Positions 37,310 to 48,014 of a stretch of DNA of 64,000 bases are shown in pieces. Source of the DNA: Utricularia gibba (Eukaryota > Plantae > Magnoliophyta). The notes beneath the pieces were generated by a model. The model was not told the origin of the DNA and made no database searches. It worked only from the letters and a program-made list of their open reading frames with translations. Each line of letters starts with the position of its first letter. The stretch's first letter is position 1. The stretch is taken from NCBI GenBank assembly GCA_002189035.1, contig NEEC01000020.1, positions 620,001 through 684,000 of the forward strand, read 5' to 3'. Position numbers and translations under genes: made by a program.

Positions 37310-37828
37310 ATGATGCGTTGGGGGTCAGTCGCAGTGGTTCATCGGAGTTCAAGTAGGCGGTGCCGGGCACGGTGGCTCGGAAGTGGCAACACCGATGGTG
37401 GTAGTGGTGATTTGGCGGATCGCGCCGTTGAAAATGAGGTGCACGCTTCCGGGGTTCAGAAAAATCGCGAAGAGGCCCGTGAACGGGCGATGACCGGGAA
37501 TATCAACGGGTTCACCTGCGGAGCCGTCGACAGCGGAGGTGAAATTGACCGAGAAGAACAGCGGGAGGATGATGTGGAGTACTTCAAACACCGCAAAGCG
37601 TCGCCGTTGTCGGAGTTAGAGTTCGAGGACACGAGAAAGCCGATAACTAGGGCGACGGACACCGCAATTAAAGAAACGGATGCGACGGGATGGCTTCCGG
37701 AGCAATTGGACACCGCGGAGGAGTCCCTGCGGCGGGCGTCAGAGTTATTCCGGAAGAATGCGGAGAGAGGCGACCCGGAATCGCCACACGGTAGAGTTCT
37801 CCGGCAGCTTCGCGGCGAGGATTGGTAA
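37310..37828 (+). CDS. Uncharacterised plant protein (At1g02700-like), intronless, possible organelle presequence
   Basis: Conserved-looking C-terminus SPLSELEFEDTRKPITRATD...WLPEQLDTAEESLRRA...ERGDPESPHGRVLR. Arg/Ser-rich N-terminus. Confidence 0.75.
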   Translation: MMRWGSVAVVHRSSSRRCRARWLGSGNTDGGSGDLADRAVENEVHASGVQKNREEARERAMTGNINGFTCGAVDSGGEIDREEQREDDVEYFKHRKASPLSELEFEDTRKPITRATDTAIKETDATGWLPEQLDTAEESLRRASELFRKNAERGDPESPHGRVLRQLRGEDW

Positions 37829-38517
37829 CCGCCTCCGTGTAGACGAAATCAGAAAATAAATTACTACTGCTAACGACCCCATGAACATGAAAATATTGCT
37901 AATTAAAAATTTTAGAAAAATTATATTAAAACTCAAATAAAATAAATTGAATTTATTTCGAATTCTATTGAAATTTCACGTTAATGGTCAATTTTTCATT
38001 GAAGGCCCATATGGTCAAATAAACGGACCGGATTCCTCATCCCAGAAGTCCGGCCCGAGAAACGCGGCGATGACTGGAATCGGCGCGGCGCCGATGTGAA
38101 ACAAGGTAATCGAAGTTGGGATTCTCACTGCTGAAATCCATCGGTCCTGTAGTTTCATTCGGCGTTGCCTTCAAGTTTCAGCGCACAATCTCTTGATCCG
38201 AAGCCCCAGATTCAGGCTGCGAGAAACGCTTTCCAGTTTTCCTCGCAGCCGGAGAATCTACTACGTTTCTAGTGTAATTCCTCGGAACTCTAACTAATCT
38301 CGCCGCCGTCTGGGAGCGGGATCGAATATAGGTTTTTCTAGATCCATTTCTTGTTATTTTTCGAAATGTTCTGCCTTGCTTTTCGATACGTATCAAGCGG
38401 AGAAATGCGTGATTTCATGGGATTGAATCGAGTGCATTTTCTGATTTCCGTGATGATTTGAAAGAAATTGGGGTACTGATGCTGCTTTTCTGGTTGATCC
38501 GTATGTGTTCAGGTCAG

Positions 38518-39651
38518 ATGTCAAATGATGCAGAGAAACCCAGTGACGGAAACTCCAATGAAGTTCAGTCAGATGCCGCTTCTACTTCTGCTGCTGCTGA
38601 ACTTCCGAAATCCTGGTACAGCGGCTTGCTCCAACAAGCTTCGGTTTATGGGATTGCAGCTGGATACTGCATCTCTGGTTCCTTGCTTTCAATCATCAAC
38701 AAATGGGCTGTGATGAAGTTTCCATACCCTGGAGCTTTAACCGCGTTGCAGTATCTCACCAGTGCTCTCGGTGTTCTAGTCTGTGGATGGCTCCGAGTGA
38801 TAGAGCACGACAAGCTCGATCTCCTTACCATGTGGAGGTTCTTGCCTGCTGCAGTGATATTCTACCTGTCTCTTTTTACCAACAGCGAGCTCCTGCTTCA
38901 TGCAAATGTGGACACTTTCATCGTTTTCCGGTCAGCCGTTCCAATGTTTGTTGCCATCGGAGAATCCATCTTCCTACACCAGCCTTGGCCTGCAGTCAAG
39001 ACATGGCTTTCACTGGGAACCATATTTGCTGGTAGCGTGCTCTATGTCTTAACTGACTATCAGTTCACTTTAACTGCTTACACCTGGGCTTTGGCATACT
39101 TGGTGAGCATGTCCATCGATTTCGTTTACATAAAGCATGTGGTGATGACTATTGGGTTGAACACATGGGGGCTGGTGCTGTACAACAATCTTGAGGCTTT
39201 GCTGCTGTTTCCATTGGAATTGCTTGTGATGGGTGAACTGAAGAAGATAGAGCATGAGATCTCTGATGAGTCTGACTGGTACTCGTTCTCCGTCGTCCTG
39301 CCGGTTGGTCTCTCCTGCCTGTTTGGTCTAGCTATCTCCTTCTTTGGATTCTCCTGCCGCAGAGCTATATCTGCCACCGGATTCACCGTCCTCGGTATAG
39401 TGAACAAGTTGCTGACGGTTGTGATCAATCTTGTCATCTGGGACAAACATGCAACCTTCATCGGAACTGTAGGACTCCTGATCTGTATGGGAGGTGGGAT
39501 CTTGTATCAGCAATCAGTGAACAAGAAAAGCAAGACCACGGATACCCAAAACGACACCGGTGAGGAGCAACAGAAGCTGCTTGAATTGGAAAAAGTCACA
39601 GTTACCAGTAACCAGCAATCCTTGGAACAAGTAGAAGATGCAAAACCGTAG
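38518..39651 (+). CDS. GONST3: Golgi GDP-sugar (GDP-L-galactose) transporter GONST3/GGLT1, single coding exon
   Basis: WYSGLLQQASVYGIAAGYCISGSLLSIINKWAVMKFPYPGALTALQY, SELLLHANVDTFIVFRS, GIVNKLLTV. The 5'UTR intron acceptor lies just before ATG 38518. Confidence 0.92.
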   Translation: MSNDAEKPSDGNSNEVQSDAASTSAAAELPKSWYSGLLQQASVYGIAAGYCISGSLLSIINKWAVMKFPYPGALTALQYLTSALGVLVCGWLRVIEHDKLDLLTMWRFLPAAVIFYLSLFTNSELLLHANVDTFIVFRSAVPMFVAIGESIFLHQPWPAVKTWLSLGTIFAGSVLYVLTDYQFTLTAYTWALAYLVSMSIDFVYIKHVVMTIGLNTWGLVLYNNLEALLLFPLELLVMGELKKIEHEISDESDWYSFSVVLPVGLSCLFGLAISFFGFSCRRAISATGFTVLGIVNKLLTVVINLVIWDKHATFIGTVGLLICMGGGILYQQSVNKKSKTTDTQNDTGEEQQKLLELEKVTVTSNQQSLEQVEDAKP

Positions 39652-40127
39652 GATTATTGCAAGGTTTCCCAGAGTCTATTATCATTGGTTTGTTCTCGTT
39701 CTTTGCTTAAGTATGGTGACAGTTCTTGCCCAGTTCCAGCAGACAGGCCGTCTCCCTAAGGATGAGGAAAAAAATACCGATTAACCAGGTTCGGTTTCTA
39801 TGTCCCCATTTGAAGATGCTCAAGAGTCTGAGGCCCTCTGCTTCCCCATCCCATCTTCTCGTTTCTCAGAATCATCGCCACCATTCATGGATTCAGAAGC
39901 GGAGTCTGTGCATCCTTGAATTCTTGATTCCCACCACCATCACCATTGTCATAATCTCTCAGATTCTGAAACAGAGCCCTGTGTTGCAGGTAACTTTGTT
40001 TTTTGAAGCTTCCCACTGCCACCCTCATGATCTTTATCAGGAACCCAGAAACAAGAAAAGCAGAATTGACATGTTCTTGAAACAGAATCTAAAGGAGCTC
40101 ACGTTCTAAGAACAGCTACCGGCGTCA

Positions 40128-40688
40128 TCAGTGACGCCGCCAGCTTGCGGCGGATCTTTCTTTCAATCTACTGAATCCTTGTTGCGGCGTTTGCAGAGCA
40201 CCCCCGCCCTCAAAATGCTCACGATACTTGCTCCCCAGAACCACCATCTTGCAGTCCCCGCACCAGTACCCTGTATCGTCGTCTTCATCGTGATTATCGC
40301 CGCCATCGTCCCAAGCGCGTTCCCCTTTAGAAGTCGACCCGTGTTCGTATGTAGTAGTCGATTCAGGCAACCCGGTGACTCTCTCTTCCTCTGCCCGCTC
40401 CCTTTCGCGTCTGTTGGACACTTCTTCGTGTGCCCGGTTTGCCAATTCGAAAAAAGTCCAGGTCGCTTCTTCGGCATCAGAATCCACCGAAGGTGGAGAA
40501 CAAGGCTCCGATTCTGGGATTCCGGCCGGCGGAGAATCCGAGCAGTTAACCGGATCTTCGTCGTCTTCCCCATCCCGATTTCCGGTTCCACCTTCCTTGG
40601 TGGACATTCTTAGTTTTTCATACTCAGACAGTGTGAATTCAGGACAAGGAAATGTAGGTTTCGCCGTCAGTGGCTGATCGGAGAACAT
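40128..40688 (-). CDS. Orphan acidic ORF with partial U1/matrin-like Zn-finger motif (possible pseudogene)
   Basis: 186-codon GC-rich ORF with D/E-rich tracts and YWCGDCKMVVLGSKYREHFEG. Further broken acidic frames continue to about 39700. Confidence 0.35.
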   Translation of the reverse strand: MFSDQPLTAKPTFPCPEFTLSEYEKLRMSTKEGGTGNRDGEDDEDPVNCSDSPPAGIPESEPCSPPSVDSDAEEATWTFFELANRAHEEVSNRRERERAEEERVTGLPESTTTYEHGSTSKGERAWDDGGDNHDEDDDTGYWCGDCKMVVLGSKYREHFEGGGALQTPQQGFSRLKERSAASWRRH

Positions 40689-41304
40689 CAACTTCTCCGG
40701 TAGTTGGGGAGGACTCCCAAGCGGTTATCGAAACCGTGAGTTCGTTAACTGGTACGTAGTTTCAACTTCCCCAAAATGCCCTTTAGTGTTGCTATTGTGT
40801 TGGGTGTTTTTGATAATTTCACATATACGGATTTTTATTATTAAAAAACTTAAATAAATTAAATCATTTTTCACGCTGTACGAAGGGCACCTGTGTTAGT
40901 TCGGGTAAAAGTATTCCTTTTAGCACCAGGGTGATCATCTTCATCAGAAGTTTCGTGGAAAAGTTTTGAATTTTGAATTTGCATTTTTTTTCTTCCGGAG
41001 TTCAGGGTATGGGGGCCATCAAAACTCCCTCTGATGCTTCAGTTCTTCTCCCTTCACCTGTTCTGCGGATTTGGTCATATGATTTGCCTCTATCTGATTT
41101 CTAGTTGTTTTGTAATTTCGGAGAAGGGTAATCAATGTGTTTCGATTTCCCTGAAGTGTCTTCTAAAAGCCTTGCTTTGAAATTTGTTCAGTTATCGTGC
41201 AATTTGTTGTTGATGCCCAGTGAGGATTTGGAGATTTGGGAATTCTCAGTTGGGGTAGATTTTGCAACATTCTTTGAAAAGGAAGAGAATTTTTGCAGGC
41301 GCAG

Positions 41305-43105
41305 ATGTCTGCACGGCTGAGGCTCCTTCAGTTCTCTCTTCTAGCAGCTCTGTTTTCTTCCCGGGTATGCGCCTTTTAATTCTTCATCCCTTTCCAGTGT
41401 TTTGACCGTACATTGATCGCGCCAAGGTTTAGGTTTGGGAATTCAAATACGATCCGATGTTTCTGGGGATGGATGAAAATTGGGTTTTTCATCTGTGGGT
41501 AACTGAATCGCCATAGAAAGTTGAAGAACCCCCCATTCCATTATATCTCTGTTCATACACGTATTTATCAAGTGTTTTCGTTTGAGAAGGCGTTGGGTGA
41601 TGACAGTAGTCCTGCTGTGAAATTCCCGGTTGTGGTGAGCACTTGGCCGTTCTTGGAAGCTGTTAGAGTAGCCTGGAAGGCTGTTGATGCCGGGCTTTCA
41701 GCCGTGGATGCTGTTGAAGCCGGATGCTCTGCCTGCGAGGAGCTCCGGTGTGATGGCACAGGTTGTGCATAATAACCCCTTCTGTTTCATGCCATTTTCT
41801 CTTTTATCAGATTCCTAATACCTGAATTTGAAGCTTTACATTGTGCTACCACACTGCCGAGACTGCATTTCAATCATCGAATCATTCCGATATTGTGCTC
41901 TCATACACATATGAATCTATGCAGTTGGTCCTGGAGGCAGCCCTGATGAAAACGGAGAGACAACAATTGATGCTATGATCATGAATGGGGTATGCATCAA
42001 CGCTCACTGCACCCTGTGCAATGCCTTTGCCGTTTTCCATAGTTTTCCCGAGCAGAGCAAGCTCGCTGCAGTGGCATCGAATCCGGAACTCGTTTTGAAT
42101 CTTGGTGTGCTTGTAGGTGACCATGGAGGCCGGGGCTGTGGCTGCAATGAGGTATGTGAGCAACGGGATTCGAGCTGCGAGACTGGTGATGGAGCATACA
42201 GAACATACCATGCTTGTAGGGGAACAAGCGTCTGTCTTTGCCATCTCCATGGGACTTGCAGGCCCCAAGAACCTTAGCTCAGATGAATCCATCGAGAAGT
42301 GGCTGAATTGGAAGCAGAGCAAGTGCCAACCAAATTTCAGGAAAAACGTCGTGCCTATCCACAATTGCGGTCCTTACCACCTGAGGCCGGTCTTGGAATT
42401 TGAAGAGGAGACATGCTTGGGAGCCAGAATATCTGCTCAGTTCAATCACCATAACCATGATACCATATCCATGGCTGTGTTTGACAGAGTAAGTTACTTT
42501 TCTCGGCCAAGTTCATCTCCCAGGTTCGATGAAATTCACTTCTTCTCAGGCAGGGAATGTAGCTGTTGGCACCTCAACCAATGGAGCAACTTTCAAGGTT
42601 CCCGGCAGGTCATCCAGGATACTAAACACAGCTCTCTGCAAAAGCCAAAGGAGTACCCTTGATCTCTCTGCTGCTTACTCTGCAACTTCACCTTCTTCTT
42701 TCAGAGTTGGCGATGGACCTGTAGTTGGATCTTCAGCATATGCTGATTCCGAAGTCGGCGCCTGCGGAGCAACCGGAGACGGCGACACAATGATGCGCTT
42801 CCTTCCTTGGTACTCAATCCAACTCCGGCTCCATCCACTCACAAACTGCCTATGCTTCAACTCTCTCCGTTTCCTGCAGCTACCAGGTAGTGGAAAGCAT
42901 GAGGCTGGGCATGGAACCGAAGGCGGCTGCAGAGGATGCTATCGCGAGAATCGCGAGGAAATTCCCGGACTTCGTCGGAGCAGTTTTCGCCATCAACAAG
43001 AAGGGTGTCCATGCCGGTGCCTGCCATGGCTGGACCTTCGAGTACTCGGTGAGGACTCCTGATATGGATGATGTGCAGGTCTTCCGCGTCATCCCTGAAC
43101 GGTAA
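41305..43105 (+). CDS. AGA: N4-(beta-N-acetylglucosaminyl)-L-asparaginase (aspartylglucosaminidase), multi-exon
   Basis: Signal peptide, [35 protein letters not shown], autocleavage site HNHD|[29 protein letters not shown]. Confidence 0.95.
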
Positions 43106-44366
43106 GCTTGCTCCCTCCTTGAAAGTACGTGGGTTGTGAATTGTGATTCTTCCCGCGTCATGGTACTTATAAGAATAAATCAATTCATAATTGATTTTAA
43201 CATAATTTAAAATTCTAATAGAATGAGAACTAATAGATGTATAGACCGAAATCATAATTTATATTAAAAAATAGAAATTAATTCATCAATTTGTTAAACA
43301 TTACAATCTTTTGACATAATTTCCTCAATTTCTTATATAAAATTAATTATTTGAATTTAATATTTTAAAATTTTTAATTTTTTATAAAATTATTGAATCA
43401 AAGTGAAAAAAAATTATGCATCCAAATTAAAAATATTTCATCTCAGGTTCAATCATTCCCAAGTTTCGAAATGCTTGTTTATAGCCCAAACAAACAATTT
43501 TCAATACCAAAGTCACTCGCATCCAAACCCACAAAATTCATTTTTCTGATTTTCAATACAATCACCAATCGTTTTTCTTCTAAAGCTCACGATTTTGTAA
43601 GAGTAAAATTATTTTTTTGTACATTTTAGATACAATAATTTTTCATTAATTAATATAAGTTTTGTTTGACCAAATATTTAACTTTATTAAATCATATTTT
43701 AATTGTTGTTCTCGAGTATATTATATGTTCCATTTTTTTCTTTTTGTAATCAATCCTATGAACCAAGTGATCGCTAAGGTTCCACAGATAGATCGATAGA
43801 TGCCCCCAACTCCCTTTCTTAGGAATGGATACCAAAGGAGATAGATAATAGATACCTTTCTTAGGAGCAAGGAGAACCAAAGGGATCGCTTTTTCACTTT
43901 CTTCCCTTTCCCTTTTCCTTGAGGTTGATTCTCCCTGCGATTTTCGAAATAAAATATTCTCAATATTTATTCAAAATTTATATTTTTGGATCCAATCTAA
44001 AATCCGAAATTTTCCAGAATTCTATAAACATGAAGATATGCAGAAAGGGGCAGCAGAGATGATCGATCAGGATGGACAGACCTTGTAATGGCTGTCCTTA
44101 CCATTTCTTTCTCAGTTTGGGATCTGCTGCGGGAGCGTTGTCCGGCCCGAAACCTCATGCCCGCGCGAGGGTGGTTCCGGACCAGGCTTCGTTCCCCTCA
44201 GCAGGTATAGTAATCAGAGGGCATGTTAAAGGAGAAGTCTCATTCAAATTTGAAGTACTACCAGCACCATGAATCATAGGAGCAAAACCATCATGGTAAC
44301 CGTTCTAGTCCTGTACTGGTAACAGATGAACATGCAGCAACAAGTAGTGTGTGTGATCGGGAGTGA

Positions 44367-45914
44367 CTAGTGGAGAGTGGGAGAGTAGTGGAACATACCG
44401 ATGTCGGATAATGGATGCGTTAGCTCATGCAAGGGAGGTATGTTTTTGGAGGCGAAGAGCATGATGTGCGGAATCGTCTTGTCGTAAACGACATGCCGAA
44501 CGGCCAGGTTGGGCCTGCTGCTTTGCCTGATAAACCTGGAAACGTTACCAAACTTGGATGAATCTACCCGGTAAGTCGTCGACTGCTCATTACAGCTCCC
44601 ACTGCTCATTCCTGCATCCTGGAAGGTGCTGTCCGGGGAAGGCGCTGGTTCGGGCTTGTCGAGTTGCTGCAGTTTTCCGACATATTCACATACAAAGCTT
44701 CCGGATGATATGAATCCCTTGGTTCTGACGCCCCATTCCCCAGAATCCGTCTTGAAAACCTCCAATCGGTAGCATAAACCACGTTGACTGGCTCTGTTCC
44801 CGCAAGAAGAGGGGCACTTGCAGTTTGGACCGCACTCGAACACAACCGGCAGTTCGCCATCAATCTTTCTAGCAATGCAGGGACAAGGGGTAGAAGTTGA
44901 ACAGCCACCCTTGCATCCACAACCTCCATGTTCTATTTCTGTGCACCATTCTGGATATGCAACGGTGCTTATGTAAGAGAATGCAGGCGGCGGTTCTGTA
45001 TCATATGCATTGAGAGCACGGATTGGCATGTTCTCTTCCCCTTCTGATAAGTCATCCACCACACAGCGCTCCGTGCCCATAAACTTGATGGATGGAATTT
45101 GCTGACCAAGTCTATTCAGCTGAAACCTGAAGATAAACTTGCCGGTGGAAGATTTTTCTTTCCAGAATCTAGCGATAATATATAAACCATCATACGAAAA
45201 TGGGGAAGCACTCGGTGATGGATTACTTGTTCTTCTGCTTATCACACGAATCGGATAACTGGCCTTCATGCTATTCGCCATAGCAAGATTACCAAGAACC
45301 AGTTTCTGATCTTCTTTCTCATCTCCATGGCCTGAGTATACCAAGACATTGTGGTCTCTTGATTCGTTGTAATAGCGACCAGAATTCACTATGCTTATAG
45401 CGTAACGTGTTCCCTCATGATCCATGTAATCTATACCAGACATGTGGGAACAGTGCAAACCCACAACCATGAGCTCAGCTCTGAGATGGAATGTATCACC
45501 AACTTTCACCCCAGGGACATGACCAAATCGTTTCTCCGTATTGATCCACAGCCCTTTCTTCTTCATGTCATATGCCACGCTCATATCAACTCTAGGGCTT
45601 TCTGGATCTTCTATTTTCTTTGATCTGAACATTTGCCTAAATATCTTCAAAGTTTCCTGGACTTTTGAGCTGTCCAACTGAGCTACGTCAATGACACTCT
45701 CACTCAAGGTATCAGTTTTTGGGCGCTTGTGAGAAATGAGCTCCATTTCCTCAGAAATGCTAATACCATCGCACGCTCGCTTATTACCCAAACGAAATTC
45801 TGCTTCAAAATTGTTATTCATCGCCTTCGAGTTCTTGGATTCACTGACATGATTTCTGGGGAAATATATCATCACTACTGTAGCTTCTTCCTGCATCATA
45901 CAAATCAATTGCAT
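44367..45914 (-). CDS. SUVH5/6-like SRA(YDG)-preSET-SET protein, intronless, degenerate SET C-terminus
   Basis: SRA: GHVPGVKVGDTFHLRAELMVVGLH...GIDY, YSGHG, YDGLY. Nine-Cys preSET. SET: WGVR...FVCEYVG, then RFIRQSSRPNL and ELTHPL; no post-SET cysteines. Confidence 0.88.
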   Translation of the reverse strand: MQLICMMQEEATVVMIYFPRNHVSESKNSKAMNNNFEAEFRLGNKRACDGISISEEMELISHKRPKTDTLSESVIDVAQLDSSKVQETLKIFRQMFRSKKIEDPESPRVDMSVAYDMKKKGLWINTEKRFGHVPGVKVGDTFHLRAELMVVGLHCSHMSGIDYMDHEGTRYAISIVNSGRYYNESRDHNVLVYSGHGDEKEDQKLVLGNLAMANSMKASYPIRVISRRTSNPSPSASPFSYDGLYIIARFWKEKSSTGKFIFRFQLNRLGQQIPSIKFMGTERCVVDDLSEGEENMPIRALNAYDTEPPPAFSYISTVAYPEWCTEIEHGGCGCKGGCSTSTPCPCIARKIDGELPVVFECGPNCKCPSSCGNRASQRGLCYRLEVFKTDSGEWGVRTKGFISSGSFVCEYVGKLQQLDKPEPAPSPDSTFQDAGMSSGSCNEQSTTYRVDSSKFGNVSRFIRQSSRPNLAVRHVVYDKTIPHIMLFASKNIPPLHELTHPLSDIGMFHYSPTLH

Positions 45915-48014
45915 CTAATGGAGAACTAGCAATGGAAATGAAAGCTAGCGAAACACAATTAATCATAAAGTACGGACAATTAACGTTACCACGAACGCCA
46001 AAATGCAGTGAAAAACAGTAAAATCACTAAAAAAATCTCAGACGAAACCGGATCACCGACAAGAAGCGTGAAATGCGCCCAAATGTAGCGAAAAACAGCG
46101 AAGCGACTCGAGAATCCCGATAAAACCGCTTTAAACCATTAAACATGCACAGCATCAGCAAAAAAATGCAGAAGAAAGAACAAACTCACTGGAAACCCTA
46201 CGATGAAACTGCCGTCTGACGACACGCGTGAAGTGAACTCCAAAATGCCGCCGGAAACACGAAAACCCTCGAAGATGGAAGCAGAAAAGGAGTAGAGAAG
46301 CGCGAGCAAGCTCGGGAGAAATTACTGCAGAAAACCGGTGGCGGAGAAGCGCCGGCAGACGGAAGAAATGGCGGTTCGCAGACACCGATCCCTTGGAAAA
46401 CCCAAACGCTTGATCTTCCTCTTTGAAAATTCAAATATTGTAAACCGTGCAACCGCTGTTTAGAGTGCTCTGTACGAATGAGCTATAAACATTTCTTTAA
46501 AAATATTTAATAAATATTATTCAAATTACTTTAATAAGGTATATTTATTTTTTAATTATTAATTATCACAGCAGCTTAAAAATATTTAATTGATCAAATT
46601 ATTGCAGGATCTTGTCCCAAGTAAATTAGCAAAATATTCCAACTTTAAAAATTAATTTTCAAAAAACCTCAAATTGTTATTTTTCTTACAGATACCTTAC
46701 TTTCAATAATAATTTACAAAATATCTCATTTTTTTAATTTAATTTGTAAAATACCTTATCTGTTTTTCAAGATATCCTAATTCTTTTTATTTTTCTGTAC
46801 AAAATACTTTAATTAACATAACGCTCTAATTTTTAAAATAAATTAGGATAAATTACTAACCACATTAATTAGGTATTTTGCCACTCTATTGATCAATTAG
46901 GTTAACAAAAAAAGAAAATTAAGGCATTTTTCCAATAAGAACAACTAATTTCTACTCTTTCTAAACCAATTTATAATTGTTTTGGAATTATTTAATTGAA
47001 TTGATTAATATTTAAAGTGCAAAAAAATGATAAATAAATTTTATAATAAATGAAACATACATCATATTCATGTATGAAAAAAGGCATAATTATAATTATT
47101 TATAAAAAATATTTACAAGGTAAACTTATATCTTATAATTTTTTAATACTGCAATAGATAGTGTTAATTTTTTTTGTAAAAATTGTAATAAAGAATAATT
47201 GAATATAAAAAATGATGAATTAAAAAAGATAATTGAATATATAAGATAATATTATCATCTTAATCTAATCTTTTTAATATTAATTTTTTTGAATTAAAAT
47301 GTAAAAAATGGTGAAGAATTAGATGGAATAAAAAATAGATAATGGCTTCTTTTCACAATAACATTCTAGAATTGATTTTAATAAAATTAAAAACAATGAT
47401 AAAATAAAAATTGATATATATTTGTAAATAATTTTTCAGAAAAATTATTACAGAATAAATTTATATTTGAAATGTAAAAATGGTAATTGATTTTAATAAT
47501 TAAATTTTAAATTTTAAAATTATGTTATATATTATTTATATTATAAAAATATAATATGTTTTTGAATTATAATTTATGCTATTAGTTTAATAAAAAATAT
47601 GTATAACTGTAATTTGAATATTACAAATATTTATCAAAAATCAATTTTCATAGATAAGTCACTATGTCTTGGTTTTCATATAATTAAAATGATTTTTAAA
47701 AATGAATTATTGTAAAATAAAATTTGAAATATGTTTGAAATATAGAAATAATTATATATGAATTGAATATGAAATGGAGAACATTATTATCGAAAAAAAT
47801 TGACAAAATTTTTAATGATTGCGTTAGTAAAATAATGGTATCAAATTTATTGATTGTAAATCATTGCAATTTTTATTTAAAAAAATTGACCCGAAAAGGT
47901 GCATCAATCAGCTGCTTCGGGTGCACCATTATCAAACGCAACGCGTACAGGTGCAGCAGCAGGAGTAGCGGTGGCGACTCGATAGGCTGAACCGTGACCC
48001 AACAGCTTGAAGCC

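Noticed and set aside
38458-38517. N-terminal extension of GONST3 from the ORF track (MKEIGVLMLLFW...)
   Set aside because: Starts at TTG inside a pyrimidine-rich intron end (tgtgttcag). The family N-terminus fits ATG 38518.
43740-43920. Short repeats (ctttcttagga x2, gatagat) suggesting an organellar insertion
   Set aside because: No recognisable plastid or mitochondrial gene sequence.
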